Shown here: in pieces, positions 54,720 through 64,000 of the stretch
Numbering within the stretch: position 1 is the first letter of the stretch
How the letters are laid out: the number at the start of each line of letters is the position of its first letter
From: a virus
Virus record (IMG/VR): IMGVR_UViG_3300034108_000503
Location: 8,272 to 72,271 of that record
DNA: 64,000 nucleotides
Strand: one strand, 5' to 3'
Notes under the pieces: model-generated
Told to the model about the DNA's origin: nothing
What the model saw: only the letters and a program-made list of their open reading frames with translations
Database searches by the model: none
Translations under genes and position numbers: made by a program

Positions 54720-55898
54720 ATGCCAGACACACCATCAGAATCAGTAGGATCATCGGAAGGCAGCTTTCTTTCCGTGATGAGCGGAGTCATCGACTCCATG
54801 AGTCAGTCGCCGGGAGCAATTAGTATCCCGGTTCCACAACAGCAGGAAGAGGCTCCGCAGGAAGCACCGAAGGAGACGCCAGTCGAAGAAACCAAGCAGA
54901 CGGAATCCAAGCCAGTCAAGAAAGGCGTTGATGCCCTTCTGGATGACGCTCCGGATCAGGAGCAGGATCAGCAGAAGACTGAAGCCACCGAAGACGCCGA
55001 GGAGATCCCGGAGAACATTAAGGACAATCCAAAGGCCGTTGCCAAGTGGGGTGAGATCCGAGCCGAGAAGAAGGCTCTCGAAAAGAAACTCGCCCAAGCC
55101 GAAGCCCAGCTTGCCGAGAAGTCCAAGCTCCAGGACGCAGATCCTCTCCGCAAGGAAGCGGAAGAGTACAAGCAGAAGTACGAAGAACTGGAGAAGGAAG
55201 CGGCAACGTGGCGGATTGAAAAGACATCCGCGTACCGTACCGAAATCACTGAGCCTCTGCTTCAGATTGAAGACGAGGTAACCGAGATCGCCAAGAAGCA
55301 CGACATTGATGCCGACAAACTCCTCGCTGCGTTCAATGAGTCAGACCCTGCATCCAGAGAAAAGATGCTGGAGGAACTCACCGAGTTCATGTCCCAGTCC
55401 TCGCGCTACGAGACATTCGCCCTCAATAAGAAGTGCCTGAGTGTATTCAAGCGTGCCGGGGAACTTCAGGCGAACGCACAGGCTGCGATGAAGGAGATCA
55501 TGGAGCGGGAGCAGGTGATGAGCCAGCAATCCAAGACCGAAGCGAAAGCCCAGGAGATGCGTGCGATTGAAGCGAATCTCGAAAAGATCAAGAAGGTCGC
55601 CGCAGACTTTGTCGCCAAGGATCAGTCTCCAGAGAAGTTCATTGAGGAATTGAAAAACGAGGCAAGCGAAACGTCGTTCGACGACCTCTCCCCGGAAGAC
55701 AAAGCATTCGCTGTGATTGCATCCACAAGCCTGCCAAAGGTGAGGAAGACAATCGTCGCCCTTCGGAAGGAGATCGCAAAGCTGCGTGATGAGATCTCTG
55801 GGTATGGATCCGCAATGCCGCGTTCCTCCACCGGGCAGACCGGATTCCAGAAGGCATCAGGCGACGCCAGCTTCCTTGAGTCTGTTGGTATCAAATAA
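54720..55898 (+). CDS. Probable capsid scaffolding protein
   Basis: Acidic disordered N-terminus, long coiled coil, directly upstream of the major capsid gene. Confidence 0.65.
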   Translation: MPDTPSESVGSSEGSFLSVMSGVIDSMSQSPGAISIPVPQQQEEAPQEAPKETPVEETKQTESKPVKKGVDALLDDAPDQEQDQQKTEATEDAEEIPENIKDNPKAVAKWGEIRAEKKALEKKLAQAEAQLAEKSKLQDADPLRKEAEEYKQKYEELEKEAATWRIEKTSAYRTEITEPLLQIEDEVTEIAKKHDIDADKLLAAFNESDPASREKMLEELTEFMSQSSRYETFALNKKCLSVFKRAGELQANAQAAMKEIMEREQVMSQQSKTEAKAQEMRAIEANLEKIKKVAADFVAKDQSPEKFIEELKNEASETSFDDLSPEDKAFAVIASTSLPKVRKTIVALRKEIAKLRDEISGYGSAMPRSSTGQTGFQKASGDASFLESVGIK

Positions 55899-55921
55899 AC
55901 ACAGAATTACACAAAGGATTC

Positions 55922-55967
55922 AAATCTCCCACACTTTGCGTAATTGCAGGGTGTGGGAGATTTTTTT
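55922..55967 (+). terminator. Terminator followed by a TTGACT promoter candidate for the capsid gene
   Basis: AAATCTCCCACAC / GTGTGGGAGATTT followed by a T tract; TTGACT at 55970. Confidence 0.7.
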
Positions 55968-56148
55968 GTTTGACTTCAGAAGCATGTGACCAAACACATC
56001 ACTCGCGCCACCCGTAAGGCGACACAAAAACACGGACACAAAACATCGAGCTAAAATCCTCTGCCCCAAAAAAGCAGAGAGGCTTTCCCCGGCTCAAGGA
56101 GAGTAAGGAAACAGCAAACACAATCCAACCTCCTAATAAAACAGGCTT

Positions 56149-57738
56149 ATGCCAGCTACATTTGTTCCATCCCCTACTACTGGTAGCACGACTATCCAGC
56201 AGCAGTTCATCAACGAATCCGGTCGAATCGGCACCGATATCTTCCGCTACGCATACGACACGTCCCCTTGGGCGCGTGTCATCAAGCGGGGTCTTTGGCC
56301 GGACGGCATGGGTGACTCCATCTCCATTCTGAACTACGAGCGTGCGCTCGCCGGAACCACGAACGGTAAAGGTTCCTGGAGCAACCATCGCGCCCTCGGG
56401 TTTTCCAGCGCTGATCCTTCTGCTATCGCTGTTGGACGTGGTCTTCCGAGTGCTACCGTGGTTCAGATGACGCAGCGTCTGCGGACCTACAATCTTGCCT
56501 GGACTGCTGTTGAGTCCATGCGAATTGACGTTCGCGATTCCGCCTTCTCGTTCCAGTTCAAGGAACAGATGAAGCAACTCTTTGACGGTCTGACAGATGC
56601 CGCTATGCGCGTCTGGTCGTACCGGACCCGTGAAGAGTACTTCCGTCTCAGCGGAAATAAAGTCATTATCGGGACTCCGGAATCCGGAACGCCAACCGTT
56701 GCGCTTGCCGATCTTTCGGTAACTGCTCCAGTGGACTTCTCCACCCTTACCGGGTACAGCCTGGCTCAACTGAACATGACTGGCGCTGCTCCTTCCGGTG
56801 GGTTCAGCACGAAGCACTCAGTGCTGACTGGTGGTGTTCTCCGCGACATTTACGCTCGGCTGAGCCGCAACGGTGCTGGTCGCAACTCCGGTGGTCTTGC
56901 TGATGGTGCGCCTGTCTACAATCTGGTTTGCTCGCCTGAAACGAGCGACTACCTGATTCGCGAGGCTGGCACTCGCAACGACCTTCGCTGGGCTGACGCT
57001 GGGCAACTCCTCAAGCCACTCGGTGTCACCCGGTCGCTTGCTGGATTCGCCCACGTTCTCGACCACGAAGTTCCGCGTTTCACGCTGGCTCTGAACAGTA
57101 CGGTCTACGACTTCACTGAAGTCACTCCGTGGACGTATCAGGCCGGAAGCATCAGCACGGCATTTACTGGTGCCGCTACATACTCCGGAGGAACAGCCAC
57201 GATCCTGACGGTTACTACGTCGAACGGAATTGTCCCTGGGCAAGTTGTCACGCTCCAGCCAACAACAGCCTCCGATGATGAGTACTCTAATAGTTTCCGA
57301 GTACTCTCAATTCCTTCTTCGACCCAAGTGGTTATTGAGAAGGCGTGGAGTGACGATGCTACCGGAACGCTGATCACCAACAACAACGGCCAAGCTGGCT
57401 GGGTTGAGAATCTGTCGTACCACACGGCTCCATACGAGATGTCCTTTATCCTCCATCCGGACGTGATGGAGGCTCTGACGCGCAACTCGCAGACGACCCT
57501 CGGAAGCGGCACCCAGTTCGACCCGACCACCAAGATCGGGGACTTCAACTGGAACAACATCAAGAACGAAGTCTCCAACCCGGATGGCACCTTCGGATAC
57601 TTCCGAGGCATTCTTGAGTTCGCCTCCAAGCCAGTGAAGACCCAGTACGGCTGGGCAATCATCCATCGTCGCCCAGACCCAACTGTCCTCGCTGCTCCGT
57701 CCATCAGCGTGACGAGCGGACTCGGTCTGACTGCGTAA
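56149..57738 (+). CDS. Major capsid protein with an inserted beta domain
   Basis: Position after the scaffold, own promoter and leader, strongly biased codons, downstream hairpin. Confidence 0.7.
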   Translation: MPATFVPSPTTGSTTIQQQFINESGRIGTDIFRYAYDTSPWARVIKRGLWPDGMGDSISILNYERALAGTTNGKGSWSNHRALGFSSADPSAIAVGRGLPSATVVQMTQRLRTYNLAWTAVESMRIDVRDSAFSFQFKEQMKQLFDGLTDAAMRVWSYRTREEYFRLSGNKVIIGTPESGTPTVALADLSVTAPVDFSTLTGYSLAQLNMTGAAPSGGFSTKHSVLTGGVLRDIYARLSRNGAGRNSGGLADGAPVYNLVCSPETSDYLIREAGTRNDLRWADAGQLLKPLGVTRSLAGFAHVLDHEVPRFTLALNSTVYDFTEVTPWTYQAGSISTAFTGAATYSGGTATILTVTTSNGIVPGQVVTLQPTTASDDEYSNSFRVLSIPSSTQVVIEKAWSDDATGTLITNNNGQAGWVENLSYHTAPYEMSFILHPDVMEALTRNSQTTLGSGTQFDPTTKIGDFNWNNIKNEVSNPDGTFGYFRGILEFASKPVKTQYGWAIIHRRPDPTVLAAPSISVTSGLGLTA

Positions 57739-57748
57739 TTCTGGTGGT

Positions 57749-57802
57749 GGTTCACCGTGAGGGAGGAGTGGTCCTGAAGAGGATCGCTCCTCCCTCTGAA
57801 CC
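57749..57802 (+). terminator. Long hairpin after the capsid gene (terminator or processing site)
   Basis: GAGGGAGGAG / CTCCTCCCTC closed by GGTTCA / TGAACC. Confidence 0.55.
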
Positions 57803-57832
57803 GGGAAATTTTCAATTCACACGATACATCCA

Positions 57833-58147
57833 ATGCCTGTTCCATTCTCCGCTCCTCACGATCAGATCACAGCAAATGCTCTGGCTCAATTCATGGGCAA
57901 GACAGGCGTTCCAGTTTTCCTTGCCGCTGGAGGCACGACTACCGCTCCTGCTGGCACTTACTGTGCAATCTACTTCCTTGCCGACACGGTGTTCTCGGCA
58001 CTCACATTCCGAAGAGACGGGACCGCTTCTGTACTCCCAACCGGAACTGCAATCGCCAGCATGACATGGCCGAAAGGAATGTACTTCGCCGCAAACATCG
58101 ACTCAGCGGTACTGACTTCAGGTCAGTGCGTTCTCATCCCAGCCTGA
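57833..58147 (+). CDS. Small virion protein
   Basis: Beta-rich ORF after the capsid gene. Confidence 0.55.
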   Translation: MPVPFSAPHDQITANALAQFMGKTGVPVFLAAGGTTTAPAGTYCAIYFLADTVFSALTFRRDGTASVLPTGTAIASMTWPKGMYFAANIDSAVLTSGQCVLIPA

Positions 58148-58159
58148 TCCAATACCAGC

Positions 58160-60364
58160 ATGCCTCGCAGACTTGATCCAGTAACGGGACTGATGGTTTG
58201 GGATGGTGAAGCCGTCCCGGCCCAAAGCCGTGAAACGATCAGGAGCGAGATCGCAGCGCTGAAGGAACAGATCGAAAGACTGTTCTTTGTGGATGACGAA
58301 GTCCCTGGTGATCCTTTGGTTCCTTCGCTCTGGTGGAACTCATCTGATGGGGATCTGTACGTCAGGTACAACGACGGCAGCAGCACTCAATGGGTCTCGG
58401 CTACATATTCAGCAGGAGCAAGGATCAACGCATTCAGCAACGTCTTCCATGTGGATGACTTTGGTGCTGTCGGTGACGGCGTGGCAGATGACCGTGCCGC
58501 GATCCAAGCTGCGCTCGACGCATGCGAGGATGCCAACGGAGGTATTGTTCTGCTCGGAGCTAGGACGTACAGGGTTGAAGCGCTGACAGTCACTCCGGTT
58601 GGCACTCAGTCATCTGGATGCACTGGCATTGAGATTCCATCAAACACGATCCTACGGGGTCATGGGAAGTCGTCTGTGCTGCAAGGGACATCGGCAACAT
58701 TCCGTGGAACTGGAGGGGTTGTGAACCTAAAGGGATACCAGACTGCATCCACGGCATACGGAGCAGCGAACAATGTCATCATTGAGAACCTGACTATCGA
58801 AGCTCCTTTGTCCAATCCGGTGATCGACAATGCTGCGAACGATCCAGAGAAGTCATGCGGGAACCTTCTGAACCTAGTTCACGGCAGGTACATCATGTGC
58901 CGGAATATCTGGATCAACGAAAGCAGGTATCACGCAATTGAGATTAATCAGTGTTCAGATCTGGTGTTTGAAGACATCCAGATCCGTGGAAGTCACACTT
59001 CCACCATTCAGTTTGACTGCGGCGACGCTGGGCCGAAGAGCAACCTTATCTCTGGAATCGCAATCAGAAGGGCTGTATTCAATAGGGTTCACCTGTACGC
59101 AAGACCAGCGACCGATACAGCCCAGCAGGACGTTGATGTGGCGCACGCATCAAATCAAGAGATCTCAGACATCATCTGGAATGACTGCCTGTTTGAAACG
59201 AACTCCGCTGCGACTGTCCAGAACTCATTTGCTCCATCCGGTGGATTGACTGGAGTGGTTCTTGCAAGATGGAAGATTGAGAACTGCAAGTTCTATGTTA
59301 ACTCGCTTGTTGGAAAAGCGCTGAATCTTCAATACGGATCAGGCATCACTCTCAATGGATTCAACTTTGAAAACAATTACATCTATAGTTACAATGGTTC
59401 CCCTGTGTATATTGGCGGATCATCGGCTGTTTTCAATGAATGGCAGTACAGGAATGGGATCATTGTAAACAGAAACACAATCATCCTTGATAAATCCCAG
59501 TACGCATCTGGGCATAACGTATTTGGTATTACCTTCTCGAATTGCAACAATGTTGAGTTTATTGGCAATCGCGTTGAGATGGTTGGAAATTCAAGTGTTG
59601 ATCTTGCAAATACAGTAAACGCAATTGTATGGGCTGGAGCAAACCGGAATATTGATATCAGGGATAACTTCATTCAGAACTCCGGAGTAAGCACTGGCGT
59701 CACAAAGCCACTTCACGGCATCAATGTAATTCAAGCGTCATGGACAGACGGTCAAGTAAAGCCAGTCGCAAGAGTGATATCCAATACCGTATACGACAAC
59801 GGCGCACTTCTATCGACATTGATCTGGCTTGAAGGAAAAAAATCATCAACCAGTACGAATATAGCCAACATCTTTGCCGCTGAGAATACCACCGATACAT
59901 CATCAAGAAGGTCTGGAGCGTATGAGTACGTTTTCTGGGGAGTGGTAACTGATGGTACAAACGATGTCCGGGTTATTGATTGGTCACAGGCATCGCTTTC
60001 TGGCGGCGCTTCAATTGTTGCAAACACAGGAAACGCATTCTTGAATATTACATCGGCAAGCCGTGCTACTGGTCTCTCTACTGGAAAGTCGGTATATGGA
60101 AACTTCAATCAACCAATTCTAAATGTAAAGCTCATACAGGGTTCGTATAACGCAAGCACCTTTTTCAACACCACAAACATCACCCCGGTCAACTCCCTGT
60201 CCGGAGCATCAAATGCAATTGGGGTCTTCCTTGATGGGTACAATCCATTCACGGGAGCATTCAGTATTCAGTGCGGAAACTCAGGTATCGGCTTTACTCT
60301 GAACACTTCTGGTGTACCTACTGCTATCACGGAAGGTTTTATCCAGGCAACAATCGGAATCTAA
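58160..60364 (+). CDS. Tailspike with pectate-lyase-like beta-helix (depolymerase)
   Basis: FHVDDFGAVGDGVADDRAAIQAALDA, IPSNTILRGHG, N/I-rich beta-helix rungs. Confidence 0.8.
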   Translation: MPRRLDPVTGLMVWDGEAVPAQSRETIRSEIAALKEQIERLFFVDDEVPGDPLVPSLWWNSSDGDLYVRYNDGSSTQWVSATYSAGARINAFSNVFHVDDFGAVGDGVADDRAAIQAALDACEDANGGIVLLGARTYRVEALTVTPVGTQSSGCTGIEIPSNTILRGHGKSSVLQGTSATFRGTGGVVNLKGYQTASTAYGAANNVIIENLTIEAPLSNPVIDNAANDPEKSCGNLLNLVHGRYIMCRNIWINESRYHAIEINQCSDLVFEDIQIRGSHTSTIQFDCGDAGPKSNLISGIAIRRAVFNRVHLYARPATDTAQQDVDVAHASNQEISDIIWNDCLFETNSAATVQNSFAPSGGLTGVVLARWKIENCKFYVNSLVGKALNLQYGSGITLNGFNFENNYIYSYNGSPVYIGGSSAVFNEWQYRNGIIVNRNTIILDKSQYASGHNVFGITFSNCNNVEFIGNRVEMVGNSSVDLANTVNAIVWAGANRNIDIRDNFIQNSGVSTGVTKPLHGINVIQASWTDGQVKPVARVISNTVYDNGALLSTLIWLEGKKSSTSTNIANIFAAENTTDTSSRRSGAYEYVFWGVVTDGTNDVRVIDWSQASLSGGASIVANTGNAFLNITSASRATGLSTGKSVYGNFNQPILNVKLIQGSYNASTFFNTTNITPVNSLSGASNAIGVFLDGYNPFTGAFSIQCGNSGIGFTLNTSGVPTAITEGFIQATIGI

Positions 60365-60367
60365 TCA

Positions 60368-63300
60368 ATGGCTCAAATCGACTTCCCAACAGATCCGGCG
60401 GTAGGGCAAACATATACCGCCAATGGAAGGACGTGGGTATGGAACGGAACTGCGTGGGTAAGGAACTCTCCACTGGTTCCAAGCAATCCGATGTCGGCAG
60501 TCGGAGATATTATTGTCGGAGGAACTGGCGGAACACCAACAAGGCTCGGCATCGGACCTGGCGGAACCGTACTCACAAGCAACGGGGCGACTGCTGAGTG
60601 GGGTACTAGTGATCTCAGCGGCAAGGTAGACAAGGCTGGCGATACAATGACCGGGACGCTGGTGATTGATGAAGCCGTTCCACTTCAGTTCGTGAACGGA
60701 AGTAGTGTTGTTGATGTTTCTGCTTCTGCAATTACAGCAAACAGGACCATTACTGTCCCTGATGCAACTGGATATATTTCACTTACACTGAACAGCAATG
60801 GAATCCCAGACAGGCTCGGCACTCTCGCAAAATGCGGAGTCACAGCCGGGGTCGCAAAAGGGGAGGTGGTTTACATCACCGGGGCATCCGGAAACAATCC
60901 CGTCTTCGGAAAAGCCGATGCAGACACAGAGGCGACATCGTCGAAGACATACGGGTTCATCGACAGGAGCTGTGCGCTGAACGGATTTGGAGCCATCATC
61001 ACGAACGGGATCCTTGATGGTCTTTCGCTTGCGGTTCCAAACACACAGGAGGGCGCATCACTCTGGCTTTCGACCACGGCAGGGGCAGTCGTTTCCGGAT
61101 CTCCTCCAGCAAAGCCAGCACACAGTGTCTACCTCGGTATTGCCACCAAGGTCTCCAGCAGTGGCGGAATCAACGCAACGATCCAGACAATTGAGGTCAA
61201 GGTTCAGAACGGCTACGAGATTGGCGAATTGCATGATGTAAAGATATCATCACCAGCAAACGGTCAGCTTATTGTTGTTGACTCGGATGGATTCTGGGTA
61301 AATCAATCAACCGCCGGACTCTCGTCTGGCTGGCCCGACGTGTTTTTCCGCGGGGTCACACCTACTAGCGGAAACAATTTCCTCGGTCGAAATCGCTGGT
61401 ATGTTGGTAGTGGCGTCTCACTGTTCCAAGGATGGTCATTGGTGCCATCCACGCTTTTCACTGGTCGCGCACTCAAACGTGATGCCACAGCAACCACAGG
61501 CATCAATGGGCCTGCCATCTGGTATGATGACCTCGGTCTGTCTGTAGGGGATCAGGTCACAATCTGCGCTCTTGTGACAGGTAACGGTGCGACGACCAGA
61601 ATTTTCGCGCGGACATTCAGTGGATTAACCGTCCCCGGCCAGACATTCGTATCCAGCCAGCTAAACGTCAGCACGCTATCCAATAACGATTCTTTCGTCG
61701 CTTCCTCCACTCCGACACTGGTCCGCCTTACTCTGACAGTAGCATCGACTGAAACCGGAGTGGTCATCTATTCCACCCACTCCAATTCTGGGTTTTCATA
61801 TCAGATTGAGGCACTCTGGGTCTACAAAGGCAGCTTCGAGAACGGGCCGCAATGGCCGAACATCGAAGACGGATCGCGGCTGGCAGCAAACCACGCCATC
61901 AGGTCGGTAGACTATGCGACAGGAGGAACTAACTACACGCTTCTTGGAACCACTCTCGTATCATCCACAAGTCAGACAACGACCCTTGACGGGTCATCGT
62001 TTTCAACGTCTGCGCGGGATCTGACATTTTCCGGATGGGGCGAGCGATACTCGCCTGCCGGGGTGTCGTTCAACGCCATCGAGGTAGTTATTGTCTCCCG
62101 TACTGCCGCGCTTGAAACATCCAAATGGCGGACAATCCATTGCGTCGTTCGGGCATCCTCAACCAATGCAGCAGCAAGCGGCGCAACAGTGGTGGCGGTT
62201 GGCAGCGTAACGGTAAACCCACAATCAGACTCTTTGTCGAATTTGGTAATCCCGCTAAAGGATCCAATTACCGGGCAATATAAGACGCTGACAAACGCTG
62301 ATCTCAGCTCAGAATACTTCGTCGGGATTTATGCCCGAAACTCGTCCGGGACATTTGCCTCATGCGGAGAGCCACGCGGAACAATGCCGAACGCTCTTGG
62401 TACGCCTCAGAGCTACTACCTGACAACTTCGGATCCTCTGTCAGCTAGCTGGAGTAACTATTCCGCGAACCTGCGGATGGGATTCCGGCATCTCCTGCTA
62501 GTCAATCCAGCCGAGTCGTTTTCCTACACTCCAACCCCGACCTTTGCTGCGGCGCTTGCTCCGCTTTTGGAGCCAGCGCTAGTGCCGGAATTCGTGACTC
62601 CACCCACATTTTACGGTGTGCAAGGCCGCGAGGCAAACCTCTATTTCGACAACCTCATAAACTGCGACTGGAGGGATTATTCATGGGATGTTGCCTCTGC
62701 CAGCAGTGTCGGTTTGCAGCAAAATGAGCGATGGACATGGACGCCAGCGGGAGCCGTCACCTCGGGCAATCTCACGGTTTCTCTTATCAGCAAAACGACC
62801 GGGACCGTGCTGGCAACACGCACGGCAGCACAACGTGCAGCGGCATCATCGGCTGGCAGTGGATTGACGAAAAAATGCCTGTTTCTGGGCGATTCGCTAA
62901 CTGCTGCCGGAACCATGACGCAGACCATTCTGGACATCGCTGGCCCTGATGTGATGGACATTGAGCTTTACGGGACGCAGGGCACGGCACCGAACAAGCA
63001 CGAAGGCCGCGGTGGCTGGTCCTGCACTAGCTTTACCTCTGCCACGCATGTGGGGACTGCAAATCCGCTATGGGATGGGACCGCCGTAAACTTCGGCTGG
63101 TATCTGTCGCAAAACTCCATCCCTGCACTCGACTGGGTTTTCATCCAGCTCGGCACAAACGACGTTTTCAGCGCCACAACAGACGCGGCGGCGCTGACAA
63201 CCACCAATGACCAGCAGAACAAGCTGGACATCATAATCGCCAGCATCAAGGCGAGCAATGCCAGCACGAAGGTCGGCCTTCTGATCTCGCCTCCTCCATC

Positions 63301-63610
63301 ATTCGATCAGGACTCATTCGGCGATGACTACGGAGTCGGGCAAACCCGCCTGCGGTTTAAGCGGAATATCCTGATCTGGGCGAAACAGATGGTTTCCAAG
63401 TATTCCGGGCAGGAGGCATCAAGAGTTTTTCTGCTGTCCACCAATACCGCACTGGACACGATCAACAACATGGAGCGCGCCGCATCAGCTCCAGTAAACA
63501 GCAGGTCATCGGTCAACGTGCAAAGGCAGAGCAACGGAGTTCACCCTGCAACCTCCGGATACCAGCAGCTAGGTGACGCGGTCTGGGCATTTCTGAAATA
63601 CAACGCATGA
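60368..63610 (+). CDS. Tail fibre/spike with C-terminal SGNH esterase domain
   Basis: FPTDPAVGQTY...WVWNGTAW, KVDKAGDTMTGTL; FLGDSLT, HEGRGGW, IQLGTND, NGVHP. Confidence 0.8.
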   Translation: MAQIDFPTDPAVGQTYTANGRTWVWNGTAWVRNSPLVPSNPMSAVGDIIVGGTGGTPTRLGIGPGGTVLTSNGATAEWGTSDLSGKVDKAGDTMTGTLVIDEAVPLQFVNGSSVVDVSASAITANRTITVPDATGYISLTLNSNGIPDRLGTLAKCGVTAGVAKGEVVYITGASGNNPVFGKADADTEATSSKTYGFIDRSCALNGFGAIITNGILDGLSLAVPNTQEGASLWLSTTAGAVVSGSPPAKPAHSVYLGIATKVSSSGGINATIQTIEVKVQNGYEIGELHDVKISSPANGQLIVVDSDGFWVNQSTAGLSSGWPDVFFRGVTPTSGNNFLGRNRWYVGSGVSLFQGWSLVPSTLFTGRALKRDATATTGINGPAIWYDDLGLSVGDQVTICALVTGNGATTRIFARTFSGLTVPGQTFVSSQLNVSTLSNNDSFVASSTPTLVRLTLTVASTETGVVIYSTHSNSGFSYQIEALWVYKGSFENGPQWPNIEDGSRLAANHAIRSVDYATGGTNYTLLGTTLVSSTSQTTTLDGSSFSTSARDLTFSGWGERYSPAGVSFNAIEVVIVSRTAALETSKWRTIHCVVRASSTNAAASGATVVAVGSVTVNPQSDSLSNLVIPLKDPITGQYKTLTNADLSSEYFVGIYARNSSGTFASCGEPRGTMPNALGTPQSYYLTTSDPLSASWSNYSANLRMGFRHLLLVNPAESFSYTPTPTFAAALAPLLEPALVPEFVTPPTFYGVQGREANLYFDNLINCDWRDYSWDVASASSVGLQQNERWTWTPAGAVTSGNLTVSLISKTTGTVLATRTAAQRAAASSAGSGLTKKCLFLGDSLTAAGTMTQTILDIAGPDVMDIELYGTQGTAPNKHEGRGGWSCTSFTSATHVGTANPLWDGTAVNFGWYLSQNSIPALDWVFIQLGTNDVFSATTDAAALTTTNDQQNKLDIIIASIKASNASTKVGLLISPPPSFDQDSFGDDYGVGQTRLRFKRNILIWAKQMVSKYSGQEASRVFLLSTNTALDTINNMERAASAPVNSRSSVNVQRQSNGVHPATSGYQQLGDAVWAFLKYNA

Positions 63611-63789
63611 TCCGCATCCTTCTCCTCGCCATCTGCGCCGCGCTGAGCAGCTGCGCCACCACCGCCGGGCTCAACATCGCATACTCCGGCGACGTCGCCG
63701 GCGTGCCCGTCTCCGTCCGGTACGCCGCCGGCATGACATCCATCCTCGTCGACAGCCACGGCCGGCCTCAACCAATAGCCCAAAAGTAA
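63607..63789 (+). CDS. Small putative lipoprotein
   Basis: MIRILLLAICAALSS-C lipobox. Confidence 0.6.
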   Translation: MIRILLLAICAALSSCATTAGLNIAYSGDVAGVPVSVRYAAGMTSILVDSHGRPQPIAQK

Positions 63790-63792
63790 CCA

Positions 63793-64000
63793 GTGCCCTC
63801 CGTCATCGCAAAACCATCCCTCGGCGCAGCCCTCGCAGCCATCGCGGCCAAAGACGTCAACAAACTCGAGGCGACCAGAAACCGCGCGCCATGGATCCAG
63901 AAGTACTGGCCGGCCACGGACTATCCGGAGGGCCACACGAATCGCGAGCCGTACTGCGCAGCGGCTGTCGCGTACTGGATCTCCGAGTGGCTCAAGTCCC
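63793..64000 (+). CDS. CHAP-like peptidoglycan hydrolase, truncated by the window end
   Basis: GTG start; ...NRAPWIQKYW...REPYCAAAVAYW resembles the CHAP PWCAAFV catalytic-Cys motif. Confidence 0.6.
   Translation, partial: MPSVIAKPSLGAALAAIAAKDVNKLEATRNRAPWIQKYWPATDYPEGHTNREPYCAAAVAYWISEWLKS

Noticed and set aside
58160-63610. Diversity-generating retroelement or invertible tail-fibre cassette
   Set aside because: No reverse transcriptase, invertase or template/variable repeat pair seen in the window.
1-64000. Stop-codon reassignment
   Set aside because: Long genes are intact in the standard code, and TAA, TGA and TAG (dnaB) all end genes at sensible positions.

Overview
The window is a continuous piece of a tailed dsDNA phage genome (Caudoviricetes, podovirus-like gene set; no integrase, DNA polymerase, tRNA or CRISPR seen). 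From left to right: (1) plus-strand internal-virion genes, including a 4907-aa 'polyvalent' protein with an E3-binding-like domain, an SF2/Strawberry-notch-like helicase, three HExxH metallopeptidase motifs, an ADP-ribosyltransferase-like module and LPD23; (2) a ~30 kb minus-strand block with replication and recombination genes (DUF3127, DnaB, an initiator carrying an iteron array, a PAPS-reductase-like protein, RuvC-like, RecE-like, SNase, HNH), many small early genes, an XRE regulator, an M15 endolysin, folA, thyA and a MazG-like gene; (3) a plus-strand block with a structured non-coding region, terminase large subunit, portal, scaffold, major capsid, two tailspikes and a truncated CHAP hydrolase. 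The A/C-rich leaders without Shine-Dalgarno sequences, DUF3127 and a GC that looks mid-50s% by eye hint at a PVC-group (e.g. Verrucomicrobia) or Bacteroidota host; this is inference only. The most notable observations are repeat-bounded domain cassettes with a recurring S-x-x-R-G junction in the giant protein, a pyruvate-dehydrogenase-like PSBD inside it, a free-standing 39-aa mimic of the ribonucleotide reductase C-terminal CxxC tail, a genome-wide TACGCAA-N4-GTA box and a kissing-loop small RNA. All family calls come from motif recognition by eye, not database searches.
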